Source of the DNA: an uncultured bacterium
Lineage (GTDB): Bacteria; Patescibacteriota; Minisyncoccia; Phycocordibacterales; UBA6065
Assembly (NCBI GenBank): GCA_963841935.1
Contig: CAWJEP010000001.1
Location: forward strand, 141,302-205,301
Length of the DNA: 64,000 nucleotides
Reading direction: 5' to 3'
The notes below the pieces were generated by a model. The model ran no database searches. It was given only the letters and a program-made list of their open reading frames with translations, and had not been told where the DNA came from. Shown here piece by piece: positions 62,116 through 64,000 of this stretch (the first letter of the stretch is position 1; every line of letters starts with the position of its first letter). A program made the position numbers and the translations under genes.

Positions 62116-62225
62116 CGCCTCTACGGCGCTTCCGCCGATGAGGCGGAAAGTTTATTTGCACGGAGGGTTCGCATCTCGCCTCGACGGCGAGTCCGCCGAA
62201 GCGGCGGAAGTGTTAAAATAAATAG

Positions 62226-62492
62226 ATGCATTATTTTTACGTCTTACGATTTAAAAACAATGGAAAGTTGTATTATGGATTCACGAGCAATTTGAAAAGG
62301 AGAATTGCCGAGCATCATTCTAAAAATAAAAAATCGGCTTTCAGCTCTAGGAATGGAGATTTTGATTTGATTTTTTATGAGGCTTACCTCAATGTGAAAG
62401 ATGCTCGTGAGGCGGAAAAGTATTTCAAGACCGGTCACGGCAGAGAAATTTTGAAAGATAAGTTAAAGAATTACCTAGGAGGGTTCGCATAG
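62226..62492 (+). CDS. GIY-YIG nuclease-domain small protein
   Basis: YFYVLRFKNNGKLYYGFTSNLKRRIAEHH motif; 3' end overlaps tRNA-Ser by 15 nt. Confidence 0.55.
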   Translation: MHYFYVLRFKNNGKLYYGFTSNLKRRIAEHHSKNKKSAFSSRNGDFDLIFYEAYLNVKDAREAEKYFKTGHGREILKDKLKNYLGGFA

Positions 62493-62564
62493 TGGTCTAG
62501 TGCGCAGTCCTGGAAAGACTGTGTGCCTTAACGGGCACCGAGAGTTCGAATCTCTTACCCTCCG
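62478..62564 (+). tRNA. tRNA-Ser(GGA)
   Basis: Type II tRNA: 3-bp D-stem, long variable arm, anticodon loop CTGGAAA, discriminator G. Confidence 0.8.
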
Positions 62565-62597
62565 CAACGGTTGATTTTGATATAATTGTAGAAATTT

Positions 62598-63134
62598 ATG
62601 ACAGAAAAAGAATACAAATCTTATAGAAATAAATATCGTCCCAAAAAGCTCAAAGCAATATTCATTGGAGAATCTCCTCCTAACAGTGGTAAGTATTTCT
62701 ATAAGCCGGAGGGAAAAATTTCTGAGCCTTTGTTTAAGAATTTTATGGAAGCGATGGATATTCCTCATTCTACTAAAGCTGAAGGACTCAAGGAGTTTGC
62801 AAGAAGGGGTTACTTCCTTATAGATGCGACTTACACGCCTGTTAACGGAATAAAGGACACATGGAAACGAACCGAGGCTATTTTCAGGGATTTCTGTAGT
62901 TTTTTCAAAGATCTAAGATTTACGGTCGGTAAGAACAAACACGTCCTTGTTGTTTTTGTAAAAGTAAATGTATTTGATTTATATGCACCTTTTATTAGAG
63001 GAGAATATAATATGATTGATGAACGTATTCCATTTCCGTCTCGTTGGAATCGAAAATCTTTTCTTAAAAAGATGAAACACCTACTTTCCGAGCTAGACTC
63101 GGATACCTCGGCAAGACGGTCGAAAAGTCGCTAG
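62598..63134 (+). CDS. Hypothetical protein
   Basis: ORF with AAATT...ATG context right after tRNA-Ser; no motif recognised. Confidence 0.35.
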   Translation: MTEKEYKSYRNKYRPKKLKAIFIGESPPNSGKYFYKPEGKISEPLFKNFMEAMDIPHSTKAEGLKEFARRGYFLIDATYTPVNGIKDTWKRTEAIFRDFCSFFKDLRFTVGKNKHVLVVFVKVNVFDLYAPFIRGEYNMIDERIPFPSRWNRKSFLKKMKHLLSELDSDTSARRSKSR

Positions 63135-63301
63135 GATATCCTTACAACGCTTGAATTGCAGGGCACTGAACCTCAAGCCACCGCTCTTAGGATTTTTATT
63201 GACAGACTTAAACACCCCTACACTTTACAAACAAAGACATCTGAGTAATATCGAAAATAGAACTGGAACCCGCTGGATATCCGGCACAACCCAATAAAGC
63301 C

Positions 63302-63622
63302 ATGTCAAAAGAACTGATCACTCCTGAAGGCCGCCAACTCATCGCCTCGAAACTCAAGCTTGTCGTGACCGAAAACGGCTTCACGACGGCTGGCGGTGCG
63401 ACACTAACGGACGAAGATGTCCTCCGTACTCTCGCGGACGCGGCGCATCACTCAACCGAAGTCGAGGCCACTCTCGATCTTCTGATCACAAAGCTCAACC
63501 GGAACCCAATGGGGAACCTCATCGATGCCGTCGGTATCTTCATCAGGACATTCGACGGCCTCTGGTCGGATTTCAAGAAAATTCGAGAGAAGCTCGGCCT
63601 GAAACACGAGAAGTTCTGCTGA
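63302..63622 (+). CDS. Hypothetical protein
   Basis: ORF followed by a terminator. Confidence 0.35.
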   Translation: MSKELITPEGRQLIASKLKLVVTENGFTTAGGATLTDEDVLRTLADAAHHSTEVEATLDLLITKLNRNPMGNLIDAVGIFIRTFDGLWSDFKKIREKLGLKHEKFC

Positions 63623-63640
63623 ACTCTCTCTCTTTTACGA

Positions 63641-63672
63641 ATCACAGTCATTAATTTGGCTGTGATTTTTTA
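63641..63672 (+). terminator. Rho-independent terminator
   Basis: ATCACAG-loop-CTGTGAT followed by TTTTTT. Confidence 0.6.
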
Positions 63673-63972
63673 TTCCCCCAACTTCTTCAACATCTCGCGA
63701 GTTTTTGGGTCTTTCATCATCCATTTCACTCCGGGGAAACAGCAGAGGCGACGCTTGCCGGAGGAGAGCATATCGACGGCTTTTTCTATTCGACGAACAC
63801 GAGTTTCTTTTTGTTTGGCGGTCATTATTGAAACTATCCAATCTCGCCGCGCGATGGGAGTGATATCTTCCCACGCCGCTTTTGCTTTCGGGACAGAGGC
63901 AAGTGCACGGCGGAGATCCGCCGGCGCCTTGGGCCAGAAGGATTCCACATCGAATCGCTTCGTCGGTTTCAT
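63670..63972 (-). CDS. YdeI/OmdA-family (DUF1801-like) small protein
   Basis: WIVSIMTAKQKETRVRRIEKAVDMLSSGKR pattern. Confidence 0.5.
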   Translation of the reverse strand: MKPTKRFDVESFWPKAPADLRRALASVPKAKAAWEDITPIARRDWIVSIMTAKQKETRVRRIEKAVDMLSSGKRRLCCFPGVKWMMKDPKTREMLKKLGE

Positions 63973-64000
63973 ATGTTTTTATAATACCAAATAAAAAACT

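Overview
This 64-kb window looks like part of a small-genome bacterium. The gene content (monoderm-style type IV pilus/competence locus with no secretin, FemAB, GatCA, many small secreted Ser/Thr-rich proteins, a compact DGR) resembles Candidate Phyla Radiation/Patescibacteria, but that assignment is inference only.

Main blocks:
1. 1.3-13.8 kb: comFC plus a complete T4P operon (pilM-N-O, pilB, receiver-domain regulator, pilT, pilC, two major-pilin paralogs sharing an identical 105-nt 5' end, pilD, about five minor pilins).
2. 13.8-15.9 kb: ligA interrupted by a 32-bp imperfect tandem duplication.
3. 15.9-20.0 kb: a diversity-generating retroelement (DGR). It has two target cassettes with C-terminal variable regions, two Asn/AAC-rich template repeats whose mismatches to the VRs fall almost only on template adenines, an Avd-like four-helix-bundle gene, and a DGR-type reverse transcriptase (LGNLTSQ and YADD motifs). 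Each target sits behind the same consensus TTGACA-N16/18-TATAAT promoter, and the first cassette is flanked by a 190-bp direct repeat of the ligA 3' end. A third paralogous cassette with the same promoter and 3' flank lies 32 kb away at 50.7-51.5 kb.
4. 20.0-29.1 kb: gatCA, a five-tRNA cluster (fMet, Met/Ile2, Thr x2, Asp), prfB without the +1 frameshift site, ftsEX, uppP, a DEAD-box helicase and a DUF192-FemAB fusion.
5. 30.4-37.1 kb: C39-like peptidase, alkA-like glycosylase, tRNA-Gln, tyrS, and a metal-homeostasis island (ZIP transporter, nicotianamine-synthase-like protein, Fur/Zur-family regulator, YibE/F membrane protein).
6. 37.2-53.5 kb: HlyD/MFS efflux pair, tdk, DoxX, a cytochrome-b5-like protein, an ABC-2 pair, a MacAB-like tripartite operon whose ATPase is frameshifted at an A-run, an ECF sigma/anti-sigma pair, a thioredoxin-like CPHC protein, methyltransferases.
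7. 54.4-64.0 kb: RNase J with a diverged (almost purely synonymous) copy of its last 22 codons 0.8 kb downstream, a frameshifted OppA-like binding protein, secG, lemA-htpX, a CDP-alcohol phosphatidyltransferase, a GIY-YIG protein, tRNA-Ser and small hypothetical genes.

Four genes carry single-site frame disruptions (ligA, the DGR variable region VR2, the ABC ATPase, the binding protein). This is either genuine decay or homopolymer/assembly error. No CRISPR array, rRNA or transposase was recognised.
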